Shown: piece after piece, positions 7,989 through 16,443 of the stretch
How the letters are laid out: each line of letters starts with the position of its first letter
Numbering within the stretch: the stretch's first letter is position 1
Origin: an uncultured Chloroflexia bacterium
GTDB taxonomy: Bacteria; Chloroflexota; Anaerolineae; Anaerolineales; Anaerolineaceae
Reading direction: 5' to 3'
Assembly (NCBI GenBank): GCA_963704755.1
Contig: OY969938.1
Coordinates: 840,001-872,000, forward strand
DNA: 32,000 nt
Program-made: the position numbers and the translations under genes
The notes under the pieces: model-generated
What the model was told of the DNA's origin: nothing
Databases searched by the model: none
The model's input: the letters and a program-made list of their open reading frames with translations, nothing else

Positions 7989-9510
7989 CTTGCGACCTCA
8001 TGTTTCCCTCAAGTGTCGTATCCATTATGGTCCGGGCCATGGCGATTGCGCTTTCGCGGTCTTGCACCTGCCCGCTAGCCTGAGCTTCTCGTAGGCCAGC
8101 CAAAACTTTCCCCAGGATAGGTCCAGGAGCCAGGTGAAAGATGTCCATCAGGTCTTTCCCAGTGAGAAATCGCGGCGGGTCAATAATGCTGGCCTGTCCC
8201 TCAAACCAGGCCAAAAAGAGCTCCTTACAGATCTCCACCTCGCGATTCCAGAGCGATGAGGTTATTGTAACACTATCCAGAGCCAGGAAATCGGCCAGCG
8301 AAAGCAGGCACAGATCGATCCCAGCCGGGCCTAAATCGTTGAAATAGCGAAAAATCGTCCTGCGGGTAAGGCTGCCTTCAGCTTTGGCGAGGTGATGGAT
8401 GCGCATATGCTGGGTCACCAGCAGTTCCAGCCGCTCGACTTCCGGGTTGGAAAGCGCCAGCAGTTGGCCGCGTCTGCGTGCGACCGGGCCGCCCTGGCTG
8501 TCGTGCCCATAAAAATGCCGTTTCCCGTTTTCGCCGGTGGTCATCGTATCCGGCTTGCTCACATCATGATACAGGCCGGCCAGGTAAAGCAGCGATTCCA
8601 ACGAGCGCTGTGAATTGACCTGGGCAAGAAAATGGGTTTTGAGCTGTCTTCTGAACGGGCCTAACTCGCGATCGGCAATTTCAAGCGCAGGCGCTTTTTC
8701 ACCCTCCGCCGGCCGGCCCTCTACCAGCAACAGATACAACATTTGCAGGCTCTTGACCACGTTCAAGGTATGGTTCCACACATCCATCGTGTGCGGTGCG
8801 GTCTGCTCGACACCCTGGGTGGCCAACAATTCCGGTAAAAGATCATCCAGAGCGCCTAACTCCGCCAGGGTCGCCACGGCCGAATGGCCCTGGCGCGTAT
8901 CTAGAATCCGGAATAACTCGTCCCGGCGTCTTTCCGCGGAAATTTTGTGCAGCCCGCCGGCAGCAGCCTGTATCCATCCCCACGTCAGTGGGTCGATTTG
9001 CAATCCAAATTGGAGTGAGATCCGCACTGCTCGCATGACCCGCACCGGATCTTCCTGCAGTGCGTCTGGGCGGCAGGCCTTCAACAGGCGCTTATCCAAA
9101 TCTGCGGCCCCGCCCAGCGGGTCGATGAGTTCCCCCGGGTCACGCAGGTCGATGGCCATCGCGTTGATCGTAAAATCGCGTGCGTTCAGATCAGCGACGA
9201 TGTCCACGCCGCGCATGGCCATAAAATCCAGGCAAAAACGATCACCATCCGGCGGCTGGCATAAAACCCGGGCAACCTGGCGTTCGCTATCCATCATGTA
9301 AAAGAACCCGCCCAAATCGTTGGCGATCTGGCGCCCCAATTTGGATACGCCTCCGTCGATGACCAGGTCGGCGTCGTGGATTGGCAGCCCGAGCAGCGCG
9401 TCCCTCACCGCCCCTCCCACCAGGTACATCTTCCGTTGAGCCCCCATGCGCCGCTTTAACACCTGCAAGATGTCTTGGGTCGGGAACAATTGTGCCAAAT
9501 CCGGGATCAT
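7969..9510 (-). CDS. cca: CCA tRNA nucleotidyltransferase (class II polymerase head plus HD domain)
   Basis: 513-aa ORF with YLVGGAVRDALLG, HDADLVIDGG, RDFTINAMA and the HD motif GLYHDVSKP. Confidence 0.75.
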   Translation of the reverse strand: MIPDLAQLFPTQDILQVLKRRMGAQRKMYLVGGAVRDALLGLPIHDADLVIDGGVSKLGRQIANDLGGFFYMMDSERQVARVLCQPPDGDRFCLDFMAMRGVDIVADLNARDFTINAMAIDLRDPGELIDPLGGAADLDKRLLKACRPDALQEDPVRVMRAVRISLQFGLQIDPLTWGWIQAAAGGLHKISAERRRDELFRILDTRQGHSAVATLAELGALDDLLPELLATQGVEQTAPHTMDVWNHTLNVVKSLQMLYLLLVEGRPAEGEKAPALEIADRELGPFRRQLKTHFLAQVNSQRSLESLLYLAGLYHDVSKPDTMTTGENGKRHFYGHDSQGGPVARRRGQLLALSNPEVERLELLVTQHMRIHHLAKAEGSLTRRTIFRYFNDLGPAGIDLCLLSLADFLALDSVTITSSLWNREVEICKELFLAWFEGQASIIDPPRFLTGKDLMDIFHLAPGPILGKVLAGLREAQASGQVQDRESAIAMARTIMDTTLEGNMRSQDGINAG

Positions 9511-9528
9511 TTTACCCCAGCGAACTGC

Positions 9529-10086
9529 TTATCCATTTTGATAGGCCTGTTCATCCACTACACCGATGAAGGGTAAATTGCGATAGAGTTCGTCCAGGTC
9601 CAGGCCATAGCCAAACACAAATTTATTCGGGATCGAAAAGCCTACGTATTTGACCGGCACGTACAATTCACGGCGTTCGGCCTTGTCCAACAGGGTGCAC
9701 ACGCGCAGGCTGCGCGGCTTACGGGCCGACAATAGATCCAGAACCGAAGCCAGGGTGTGCCCGCTGTCGATGATATCCTCGACCAGGATGACGTCCCGGT
9801 CGTGAATATTGACGGTGAGGTCCAGGGTAATCCGCACCTGTCCGGTCAATTCGCGATTGCCGCTCCCATAGGACGACACGGCCATAAATTCGATGGCGTG
9901 CGGCACATCGATGTGGCGCATCAAATCGGTCAGAAACATGACTCCACCGCGCAGAATGCAGATCAAAATCAGGTTCTGGCTGTCCTGGTAGTCCTTACTG
10001 ATGACTTCCCCGAGTTCAGCAATGCGTTTTTGCAACTGCTCTGGGGTTATTAGTACTTCAGCTAAAAATTCGTGGTAATCGCGCAT
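9529..10086 (-). CDS. hpt: Hypoxanthine phosphoribosyltransferase
   Basis: The ORF contains LILICILRGG and the PRPP loop VILVEDIIDSGHT. I set the start at MRDYHEF (ATG 10086-10084), 10 nt after the tdk stop. The longer track ORF would overlap tdk. Confidence 0.9.
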   Translation of the reverse strand: MRDYHEFLAEVLITPEQLQKRIAELGEVISKDYQDSQNLILICILRGGVMFLTDLMRHIDVPHAIEFMAVSSYGSGNRELTGQVRITLDLTVNIHDRDVILVEDIIDSGHTLASVLDLLSARKPRSLRVCTLLDKAERRELYVPVKYVGFSIPNKFVFGYGLDLDELYRNLPFIGVVDEQAYQNG

Positions 10087-10096
10087 AACACTACTC

Positions 10097-10669
10097 TCAA
10101 TCTCGAGGGACCTCATGATGCTGCCGGCAGCGCGCTTCATACATTTCGGCCGCGCCGACAATGATCACCGGGTCATTGTAACGGGCCGGCTTGCCGTTGA
10201 CCAGGCGTTGGGTGCGCGAGGCGGGCTCTCCGCAGACCATACAGATCGCCTGGAGCTTGTCCACTCGCTCGGCGACACTCATCAATACCGGCATGCAGCC
10301 AAATGGCTCCCCGCGAAAATCGGTATCCAGGCCGGTCACAATCACGCGGATATCGTGATTGGCCAGGTCTTGGACCAGTTCGATGATGTCGTCTTCGAAG
10401 AACTGGGCTTCGTCGATGCCGACCACGGTGGTCTCTGGCCGCAAATATTTTCGTATGTCCATAACATGTTCGATGGGCACCGCTTCGAAAGCCGTACCGG
10501 CATGAGAAGTAACCTGTTCAACCTGGTATCGATTATCGATTACCGGCTTAAAAACCTGTACCGATTGGCGCGCAATGGTTGCCCGGCGGAGCCGGCGAAT
10601 CATTTCGTCGGTTTTACCGCTAAACATTGAGCCCGTAATTACTTCGATCGATCCGCTGTGATGCTTCAT
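10097..10669 (-). CDS. tdk: Thymidine kinase
   Basis: 190-aa ORF with the P-loop [15 protein letters not shown] and zinc cysteines CMVCGEPA...CRQHH. Confidence 0.92.
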   Translation of the reverse strand: MKHHSGSIEVITGSMFSGKTDEMIRRLRRATIARQSVQVFKPVIDNRYQVEQVTSHAGTAFEAVPIEHVMDIRKYLRPETTVVGIDEAQFFEDDIIELVQDLANHDIRVIVTGLDTDFRGEPFGCMPVLMSVAERVDKLQAICMVCGEPASRTQRLVNGKPARYNDPVIIVGAAEMYEARCRQHHEVPRD

Positions 10670-10780
10670 AAACCCCTCGAAAAATAATATTGTTTATAAT
10701 CTGCGCAATGCCGGTCAAACCCAGCCAGCACACCCGTAGGATTTCCGTTAAGCTGAGCAGGAACAATCTTGCCCCAATTC

Positions 10781-10893
10781 GATACTACTCAGCCGCGCAG
10801 GTGAACAGGGTGTTTGTATTATTTTTTTTCATGCACTGCTTGCAAAAAAATAATAAAAACACCCTCCCTTCCTGAACCTGCCTGAGCAGTTAC
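10781..10893. mobile_element. 113-bp MITE-like palindromic element, copy 2
   Basis: Termini are GATACTACTCAGCC and, as reverse complement, GTAACTGCTCAGGC. A perfect 8-bp direct repeat CCCAATTC sits on both flanks (10773-10780 and 10894-10901). The central imperfect hairpin at 10806-10866 is near-identical to copy 3. Confidence 0.7.
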
Positions 10894-11035
10894 CCCAATT
10901 CTACACTAGATTGGCCTGAATTCGGCAGGAGAGTTTTGGGTTTTGTTTCGATGCAAGAAGTTGTCGATTTTTCATATTAACGAAAACGAGCAGGTGATTT
11001 ACACACCTGCCCGTCTTTCGTTACGATTAAACGAA

Positions 11036-11512
11036 CTAGACCACAATCTCTTCTGCGGCGGATGGGAGATTATAGCCCATCTGGCGCAGGCGCTTCTTCA
11101 GGTCGATCAAAGATTTGCGGCCGAAACCTTCCACGGCCAGCATGGCTTCTTCGCCTTCGCCTAATTTGTCCAAAATCGCGCCGACGGTGGTCAAACCGGC
11201 TTTAGATAAAGCCTCGGTGGGTCGAGTACTCAAACCAAGTTCCTCGATCGGCCGGTCGGGAGAAGTCCGCTCGTTTTCGCGGGTCTTTTTGGCATCCACG
11301 AAATCCTGGCGGGCCTGCAAACGTTTGTAGAAACGATCCACCTGGCCTTCGATATCGAGTAAACGCTGCTGTTGGCCGGTAAAGAACGGGTGGCATTTAG
11401 AACAAACTTCGGTATGGATCTCTTTCCGGGTTGAGCCGGTGTGCCAGGTATTGCCACAGGCGCACACCACCAGGGCATCCGGATAATAAGTCGGGTGAAT
11501 ACCCTTCCTCAT
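11036..11512 (-). CDS. rpmE: 50S ribosomal protein L31 (Zn-binding type) fused to a C-terminal RNA polymerase alpha-CTD-like helix-hairpin-helix domain
   Basis: Residues 1-66 read [23 protein letters not shown]....[28 protein letters not shown], which is L31. Residues 87-150 read [31 protein letters not shown]...[22 protein letters not shown]. That aligns by eye to E. coli RpoA CTD ([27 protein letters not shown]...[21 protein letters not shown]). Confidence 0.8.
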   Translation of the reverse strand: MRKGIHPTYYPDALVVCACGNTWHTGSTRKEIHTEVCSKCHPFFTGQQQRLLDIEGQVDRFYKRLQARQDFVDAKKTRENERTSPDRPIEELGLSTRPTEALSKAGLTTVGAILDKLGEGEEAMLAVEGFGRKSLIDLKKRLRQMGYNLPSAAEEIVV

Positions 11513-11594
11513 AGTTAAAATACCTTCCTTTACTGGAAATACCTTCGCTTCCGATCAGCCTTGGATCGTCTGTCGGTGCAAAGGCGCTAATTTC

Positions 11595-11858
11595 TTATTC
11601 TGCTGCAGCCGGGAGCACGCTGACGCGTTTGCGACCGTCTGGCAGAGTCTCGAAGGTAACCACACCGTTCGCAGTGGCGAACAGGGTATCATCTTTTCCC
11701 ACGCCCACGTTATCACCGGGTTTAATCCGGGTGCCGCGCTGGCGGACAAGAATATTGCCCGAAATTACAATCTGGCCGGCGAAACGTTTTACACCCAGGC
11801 GTTGAGAATTGCTATCACGGCCGTTACGGCTGGAACCACCACCTTTTTTATGTGCCAT
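11595..11858 (-). CDS. rpmA: 50S ribosomal protein L27
   Basis: 87-aa ORF with [24 protein letters not shown]...RQRGT...[13 protein letters not shown]. Confidence 0.95.
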   Translation of the reverse strand: MAHKKGGGSSRNGRDSNSQRLGVKRFAGQIVISGNILVRQRGTRIKPGDNVGVGKDDTLFATANGVVTFETLPDGRKRVSVLPAAAE

Positions 11859-11863
11859 AATTC

Positions 11864-12181
11864 CTACTCCACCACAATAGATTCGATCTTGAGCCGGGTG
11901 TACTGCTGCCGATGCCCAGTCTTGACGCGGATGCGTTTCTTGGGCCGATACTTGAACACGACCACTTTGGGACCCTTGACATGGTCCTCGACTTTGGTCG
12001 CGACCTTGGCCCCTTTAACCACTGGCGAACCGATCGACACACTGTCGTCATCCACTACCAGCAAAACCGATTCAAGGGTTACCTCGTCACCCACCTGATT
12101 ATCCAGGCGGTCAACCTCGATCGAGGCTCCTTCGACGGCACGGTACTGCTTGCCGCCGCTTTCAACGATAGCATACTTCAT
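11864..12181 (-). CDS. rplU: 50S ribosomal protein L21
   Basis: The product is [15 protein letters not shown]...[23 protein letters not shown] chose the start at 12181 because GGAGA lies 6 nt upstream. The track start (METEM, 12193) contains that RBS. Confidence 0.92.
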   Translation of the reverse strand: MKYAIVESGGKQYRAVEGASIEVDRLDNQVGDEVTLESVLLVVDDDSVSIGSPVVKGAKVATKVEDHVKGPKVVVFKYRPKKRIRVKTGHRQQYTRLKIESIVVE

Positions 12182-12300
12182 TTCCGTCTCCAATCTTCAC
12201 TTCACCGCCCCACCCGCGCAGTTGAAACGCCGGTTGACGGGGAAGTTGGGGATACATTGATTTGCCCCAGCATAATTCAGCCGGGGCTATAGCGGAAGAA

Positions 12301-12329
12301 ATTATACAAGCACTTGGGTAGATTGTCAA
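12301..12329 (-). promoter_or_regulatory. Consensus sigma70 promoter of rplU-rpmA
   Basis: The minus strand reads TTGACA (12329-12324), an exact 17-nt spacer, then TATAAT (12306-12301). A structured leader of about 112 nt follows, down to the rplU ATG. Confidence 0.65.
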
Positions 12330-12442
12330 CGGCAACTCCAAAATATGGGCTCATTCAAGAAACAGGTTCCGGCGCACGACGGGCCCCTTGCGCTAAAATC
12401 AGCTATGACCTCTTCATAATGGTATGATAAAGAACCTTCTGC

Positions 12443-12534
12443 GTAACCTTTCGAGCCCATGGGAAAAGCCCGTAGTAAATACCTCAAATTCGAGCCGTTT
12501 TCCCTTTACCATCTTGCTTATTATTGAGAGATGT
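12443..12534. repeat. Possible decayed, internally deleted copy of the copy-1-type element
   Basis: Three colinear matches to copy 1. GTAACCTTTCGAGCC resembles GTAACTACTCGGCC. gcccgtagtaaatacctcaaattcgag (12468-12494) resembles gccccgcaaacacctcaaattcggg. TTGAGAGATG resembles CTGAGCAGAT. Confidence 0.3.
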
Positions 12535-12535
12535 C

Positions 12536-13297
12536 ATGCCCTTTGCACTCAGCGTAGCGAAAATTGAAGAAGTCCTGACCCAATCCGGCTGCCCGGTCTG
12601 CCGGCTGGTCCATAAAGAAGCCCTGCATTCGATCGACGTGTTTTTGTGGGAAAACGTGACCAGCCCTTCAGCCCGCAAGCCGATCAACGACGCCTATGGG
12701 TTTTGCCCCGAGCATACCCAGATGTTCGTCGCCAGCGAGCTGGCCAATACCGGCGTCCCGCTGGGAGTCAATATGGTGTATGAAATGCTGGCGAACAACG
12801 CCAGCCAGGAGCTGCATGCTTACGAACGCGAGGATCGCGCCTTAGGTTGGGCGATCAAGCTCTTGCAACGGGTTGGCCTGAAGCGAAAGCCGGCCAGCGA
12901 CAATTTGCTCCGTTCACGAGGGCCCTGCCCGATTTGCGAATCGTCTCGCCAAAACGCCGAGAATGTACTTTCTACCTTGATGGAAGTGCTCGAAAAGGAT
13001 CCGCAAGATTTCAAGGCCAGGTATAGCCAGTCCACCGGGCTGTGTTTGCAGCACCTCAAACTTGGCCTGGACCAGAATGCGGCCTCCTTCCCGGCTGCCG
13101 CCCGTTACCTGGTTGAGGAAAGCGCAACGCGCCTGAAAAACCAAAGGGAACTGATGCTTTCCTTCATCCACAAGAACAACTGGTCCTACCGCGAACAAGC
13201 CCTGACACAGGAAGAACAGGATGCCTGGCAGAAAACCGTCACCTTCTTCTCTGGCCTGTCCCCGGATAAATTCAACCACCACATTCCGGAATACTAG
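12536..13297 (+). CDS. Hypothetical Cys-rich protein with two tandem CPxC...C..H modules
   Basis: Module 1 is GCPVCRLVHKEAL...FLWENV...YGFCPEHTQMF. Module 2 is GPCPICESSRQNAE...STGLCLQHLKLG. ATG at 12536 is preferred over the TTG at 12524 used by the track. Confidence 0.6.
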   Translation: MPFALSVAKIEEVLTQSGCPVCRLVHKEALHSIDVFLWENVTSPSARKPINDAYGFCPEHTQMFVASELANTGVPLGVNMVYEMLANNASQELHAYEREDRALGWAIKLLQRVGLKRKPASDNLLRSRGPCPICESSRQNAENVLSTLMEVLEKDPQDFKARYSQSTGLCLQHLKLGLDQNAASFPAAARYLVEESATRLKNQRELMLSFIHKNNWSYREQALTQEEQDAWQKTVTFFSGLSPDKFNHHIPEY

Positions 13298-13304
13298 ATT
13301 TTTC

Positions 13305-13416
13305 GTAGCTGCCCAGGCGGATTAAAAAAGTGAGGGTGTTTTTATTATTTTTTGCATGATTCGCATGCAAAAAATAATAAAAACACCCTCTTCTTAACCA
13401 GATAACTGAGTAGTTA
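13305..13416. mobile_element. 112-bp MITE-like palindromic element, copy 3
   Basis: Termini are GTAGCTGCCCAGGC and, as reverse complement, GTAACTACTCAGTT. Flanks are GATTTTTC and AGTTTTTC (6/8). There is a perfect 27-bp stem at 13332-13358 / 13364-13390 with loop attcg. It lies between convergent genes, 8 nt after a stop codon. Confidence 0.65.
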
Positions 13417-13471
13417 CAGTTTTTCTTGGCCCATCTCATGCTTCTGAGAAAGGGTTTGGGCGAGGGCATTT

Positions 13472-14653
13472 TCACACCCGGTTGCGCGAAGTAGCTTCCT
13501 CCTGCTCTTCGGCCCAACTGCGATACAGCGCCAGCATTCCCTGTAAGCGCTTGACGTTTTCCTCGGTAAGCTGGTGCACCAGGTCCTGTAACTCCTGGGC
13601 AACATCCTCCAAAAAGACCAGGCGCTCGTCCACCCGGTTGATCTCCCGGCTGACCTCGCGCTGCTGTTCTTCCTGGGCCAGGGTGTAATTCGTCCAGCGC
13701 TTCTGGTCGTCCGCCTTGAACGAAACCCATTCCTGGCGGAAACGGTCTTCGACCAGCCGCTGCATTTCGGTAATTTCGTTGATCCGCCGCTCGAACCGGC
13801 TGGTGATCTCGTCAAACGCCTCCTGCGACCGTTTGACAGCACGGTTGGTCGCTTCCAGGCTCTGTAATTGGGCGTCCAGCCGCCCGGACTGGTCCTCGAT
13901 CTGATCGAAGCGCGTTTGCCATTCTTTCCACACCCGTTCGCGCTCTAGCGCAGACATATTTTGTTTTTCCATAAAAGCAATCTGGCTTTGGCGGCGCTCG
14001 CTTTCAGCAGCCTGCATCTCACTCAAGCGCATTTCGAACTTGCGCAACGATTCGACATTCAAATCCATCTTACCGCGTTGTTCTTCCTGGCGCTTACGCA
14101 GAGCTCCCATTTCGCCTTGCACGTCCGCCAGGCGTTTGGAATCCTGGTGCTGCCCATCTTCCAGAAGTTTTACCTGCCGGCGATATTCCTCGTCCGAGCG
14201 TCGCACCAGGGTCAATTTGTGCTCCAGTTCGTGCAGCTCAGTTTCCAGGCGGTTTTCCCCTTCCAGGCGCGCAGCCAGGTTCTTTTTCATGTCCGGCAAA
14301 ACGTCCAGAGACTTGCGCAGGTCGCCCATCGCTTTTTGGGCCGATTCGAGGTCGGCCAGCCGGACTTTATCCATTTCGCGGTTGCGGTCGTTCCTTTGCT
14401 TCTCGATTTCGATAATGCTCCGGCCAAACTCCTGCTTGGCCTGAGCAATCGCCGTATCAACCTGGTCGAACTTCATTAACGATGTACCAATCCTGGCCAG
14501 TCCCCCTTCGATTTCTTTCAACCGCGCATCGAACGGCTGCCAGTGTTCTTCCAGATCCGCGATGCGGTCCTGCATGGTAGAGATAAGCAATTTATCCTTG
14601 CGCCGCTCTTCGTCCAGCCATTCCAGCCGTTTTGCTAATTGATCAATGTCCAT
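13472..14653 (-). CDS. Coiled-coil protein of unknown function
   Basis: 393-aa ORF, E/R/K/Q/L-rich with heptad-like periodicity throughout. I see no TM segment, no catalytic motif and no signal peptide. GAGAGGAAAG lies upstream of the ATG. Confidence 0.7.
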   Translation of the reverse strand: MDIDQLAKRLEWLDEERRKDKLLISTMQDRIADLEEHWQPFDARLKEIEGGLARIGTSLMKFDQVDTAIAQAKQEFGRSIIEIEKQRNDRNREMDKVRLADLESAQKAMGDLRKSLDVLPDMKKNLAARLEGENRLETELHELEHKLTLVRRSDEEYRRQVKLLEDGQHQDSKRLADVQGEMGALRKRQEEQRGKMDLNVESLRKFEMRLSEMQAAESERRQSQIAFMEKQNMSALERERVWKEWQTRFDQIEDQSGRLDAQLQSLEATNRAVKRSQEAFDEITSRFERRINEITEMQRLVEDRFRQEWVSFKADDQKRWTNYTLAQEEQQREVSREINRVDERLVFLEDVAQELQDLVHQLTEENVKRLQGMLALYRSWAEEQEEATSRNRV

Positions 14654-14757
14654 CCGTAAACTTTCCTCTCATCAGGGGAAAACCTGACCAGGTATTACCG
14701 GTGCAGCAAACCAGGTCTATGGTTATTTTTTTTGTATCTGCCGGCCGCATAGTTAAC

Positions 14758-14815
14758 CGAAATAAAGACGTTGCTTTCCAGGTTGTGCCCCAAATACGGC
14801 AACGCTTTTATTCCG
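14758..14815. repeat. Imperfect 17-bp-stem hairpin downstream of the membrane operon (possible terminator or element relic)
   Basis: cgaaataaagacgttgc ...24 nt... gcaacgcttttattccg (14/17 pairs). The arm resembles the ccgaaa(a/t)t motif of the other elements. Confidence 0.3.
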
Positions 14816-15032
14816 AAGGGTCAAGCAGCTACTATCTTCCAATTATAAACAAAACTTTCCTTCAGCAAGCATATCCGATAAATTTACAGCAGCTTTATTG
14901 AATATGCCGGATTATAGCGCTTTTTTACACATCGGGTTCATCGCAGCGCTGGGACGGCTGCCTTTAACGGCGTTTAGCGGATCGGATCTTCACAAAACAG
15001 CAACCCGCCCCTCAATTTATTACCAGAAATGG

Positions 15033-16443
15033 CTAATGGACTGTCGGCACGATCAGGGGCACGATTTTGAGAATTCCCATGATGCCATGGTTGAGTTGGG
15101 CCGGGAAAATGCCCATCAGGAATAAACCCACCACGCCCACCGAAAGATAAATCCGCTGAGGCCAGGTTTCTTCAAACACCATTCCGGCGCCTTCGACCGG
15201 GCGGGCAATCATGGACAGGATGCGGATACCGCCGATCAGATAGGCCAGGATACCCACTACCGTCCAGATGGTCATGCCCAGCGGGTAAACCGCCAGTTGT
15301 TCCATGATTTCCAGGTGGATCGGCAGGCCGGCCAATATCGGCAGGCTGCCGATCGAAAAATAAGCGGTTAAAATCGCGATCGAGGCAATCGGTTTTCGCC
15401 ACAGCAAGCCATGGATCGAATCCAGGTCGGTATCCACGCCGTGGTTGACCAGCACTGCCAATCCCATTGTGAATACGATGATCGCCAGCAAACGCGGCAG
15501 GATCCCTGCGGCGAAGAGTTGCAGCCCTTCGGTCGAATACAAACCGATCGCCAGCAGTGAAAATCCGGTCTCGATAATGACACCGTAACCCAACATCCTG
15601 GCCAGATTTTTCTGAAAGCCACCCCAAATTCCGCCGGTGACAATCATGACCACTCCCATCAACCGCAACGTCTGGAAGAGGGTCGTTGAATTTCGCAGCC
15701 AGCCAATACCGTTGACAAAGTTCAGGCCGATCAGCAGGACCGAGATGGGCAGCAAACTGACCACAAAACCGGCCGGATACGGATGAGATTTCGCGCAGCA
15801 ACTGCGGCATCCACGAATAGAACGGGAACACAGCCAGCCAGAAAGCGAATCCCAACCCGAGGAAAATACTGGCCCGGAGTAAAAGCAGGTGATTGGAAGG
15901 GTCAGTTTCCCCCAGGTTCAACAGCCAGCCGGAGAACAGGATAAACGGCAGCGCCAGGGTTTGAAACAACAGGTATTTCAGGACCCCCTGGCGAACCGGG
16001 TGACCGGGTGGGGCCAATACCGGGATGCTGAAAAGCACCGCCACTTCAACCAGCAGTGCGCTGAACAAGAACGGCTGTACTGCCAAAGCTGCCACCAGAG
16101 AAGCCAACATGGCCATGCCAAAAGGAGCAAAAAAGCCGTGCGCCCAATGTATACCCGCGCCCAGGAACCATATCGCCCCAACCAGGTAGAGCAGGGCCAA
16201 GACTGTCCGGTGGCTATCCGTCAGGATAAACTGCCGGCCAAACACATCCAAAGTTGTGGAAATGGTAAATTGGATGCTGCTGATTTTAACCACTTCACCG
16301 AGGGGGATAGATGCCGCCAGGATGGCCAGGAAAGCACAGATGGTCACCGCCAGGCCCAGCGTCAGCGAACGGTTGCGCCGGATCAGGCCCAGGAACATTC
16401 CGCAGGCCATAGGGAACAGGATCCAGATGATCGGCGCGCTCAT
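15033..16443 (-). pseudogene. Antiporter-like (NuoN/MrpD/HyfF-type) polytopic membrane protein, split by a 1-nt insertion (frameshift or assembly error)
   Basis: Track ORFs 15172-16443 and 15033-15764 are two halves of one protein. Junction: ...FPFYSWMPQLLRE / SHPYPAGFVVSLLPISVLL.... Family-like segments include LLVEVAVLFSIPVL, GVLKYLLFQTLA, FPFYSWMP and GGFQKNLARMLGYGVIIETGFSLLAIGL. The ATGA start overlaps the upstream gene's stop. Confidence 0.7.

Noticed and set aside
10087-10161. A 25-codon N-terminal extension of the hpt ORF.
   Set aside because: It would overlap the tdk 3' end by 65 nt. The hpt homology begins at MRDYHEF.
13272-13842. Minus-strand ORFs 13272-13730 and 13414-13842.
   Set aside because: They are alternative frames of the coiled-coil gene or run through the hairpin element. 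Their products are Gly/Arg/Pro-rich.
14632-15125. Plus-strand ORFs 14632-14901 and 14898-15125 in and beside the 380-bp gap.
   Set aside because: They have no RBS, their composition is not protein-like, and the second overlaps the 3' end of the membrane gene.
15172-15789. The C-terminal ~200 codons of track ORF 15172-16443.
   Set aside because: After the junction at 15789-15791 the product becomes Arg/Gly/Asp/Pro-rich nonsense. The overlapping frame (15033-15764) continues the membrane-protein sequence, so this is a frameshift and not a long overlap.
15787-15794. Programmed +1 ribosomal frameshifting at the shared GCGAAATC sites (also at 21186-21193).
   Set aside because: There is no slippery codon on which the P-site tRNA could re-pair: GAA to AAA mismatches at the first position. 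There is no hungry or stop codon in the A site, and I saw no upstream SD-like stimulator. The third break (479-481) has a different context. Homopolymer sequencing error is the simpler explanation. The possibility is kept only as a caveat in the findings.
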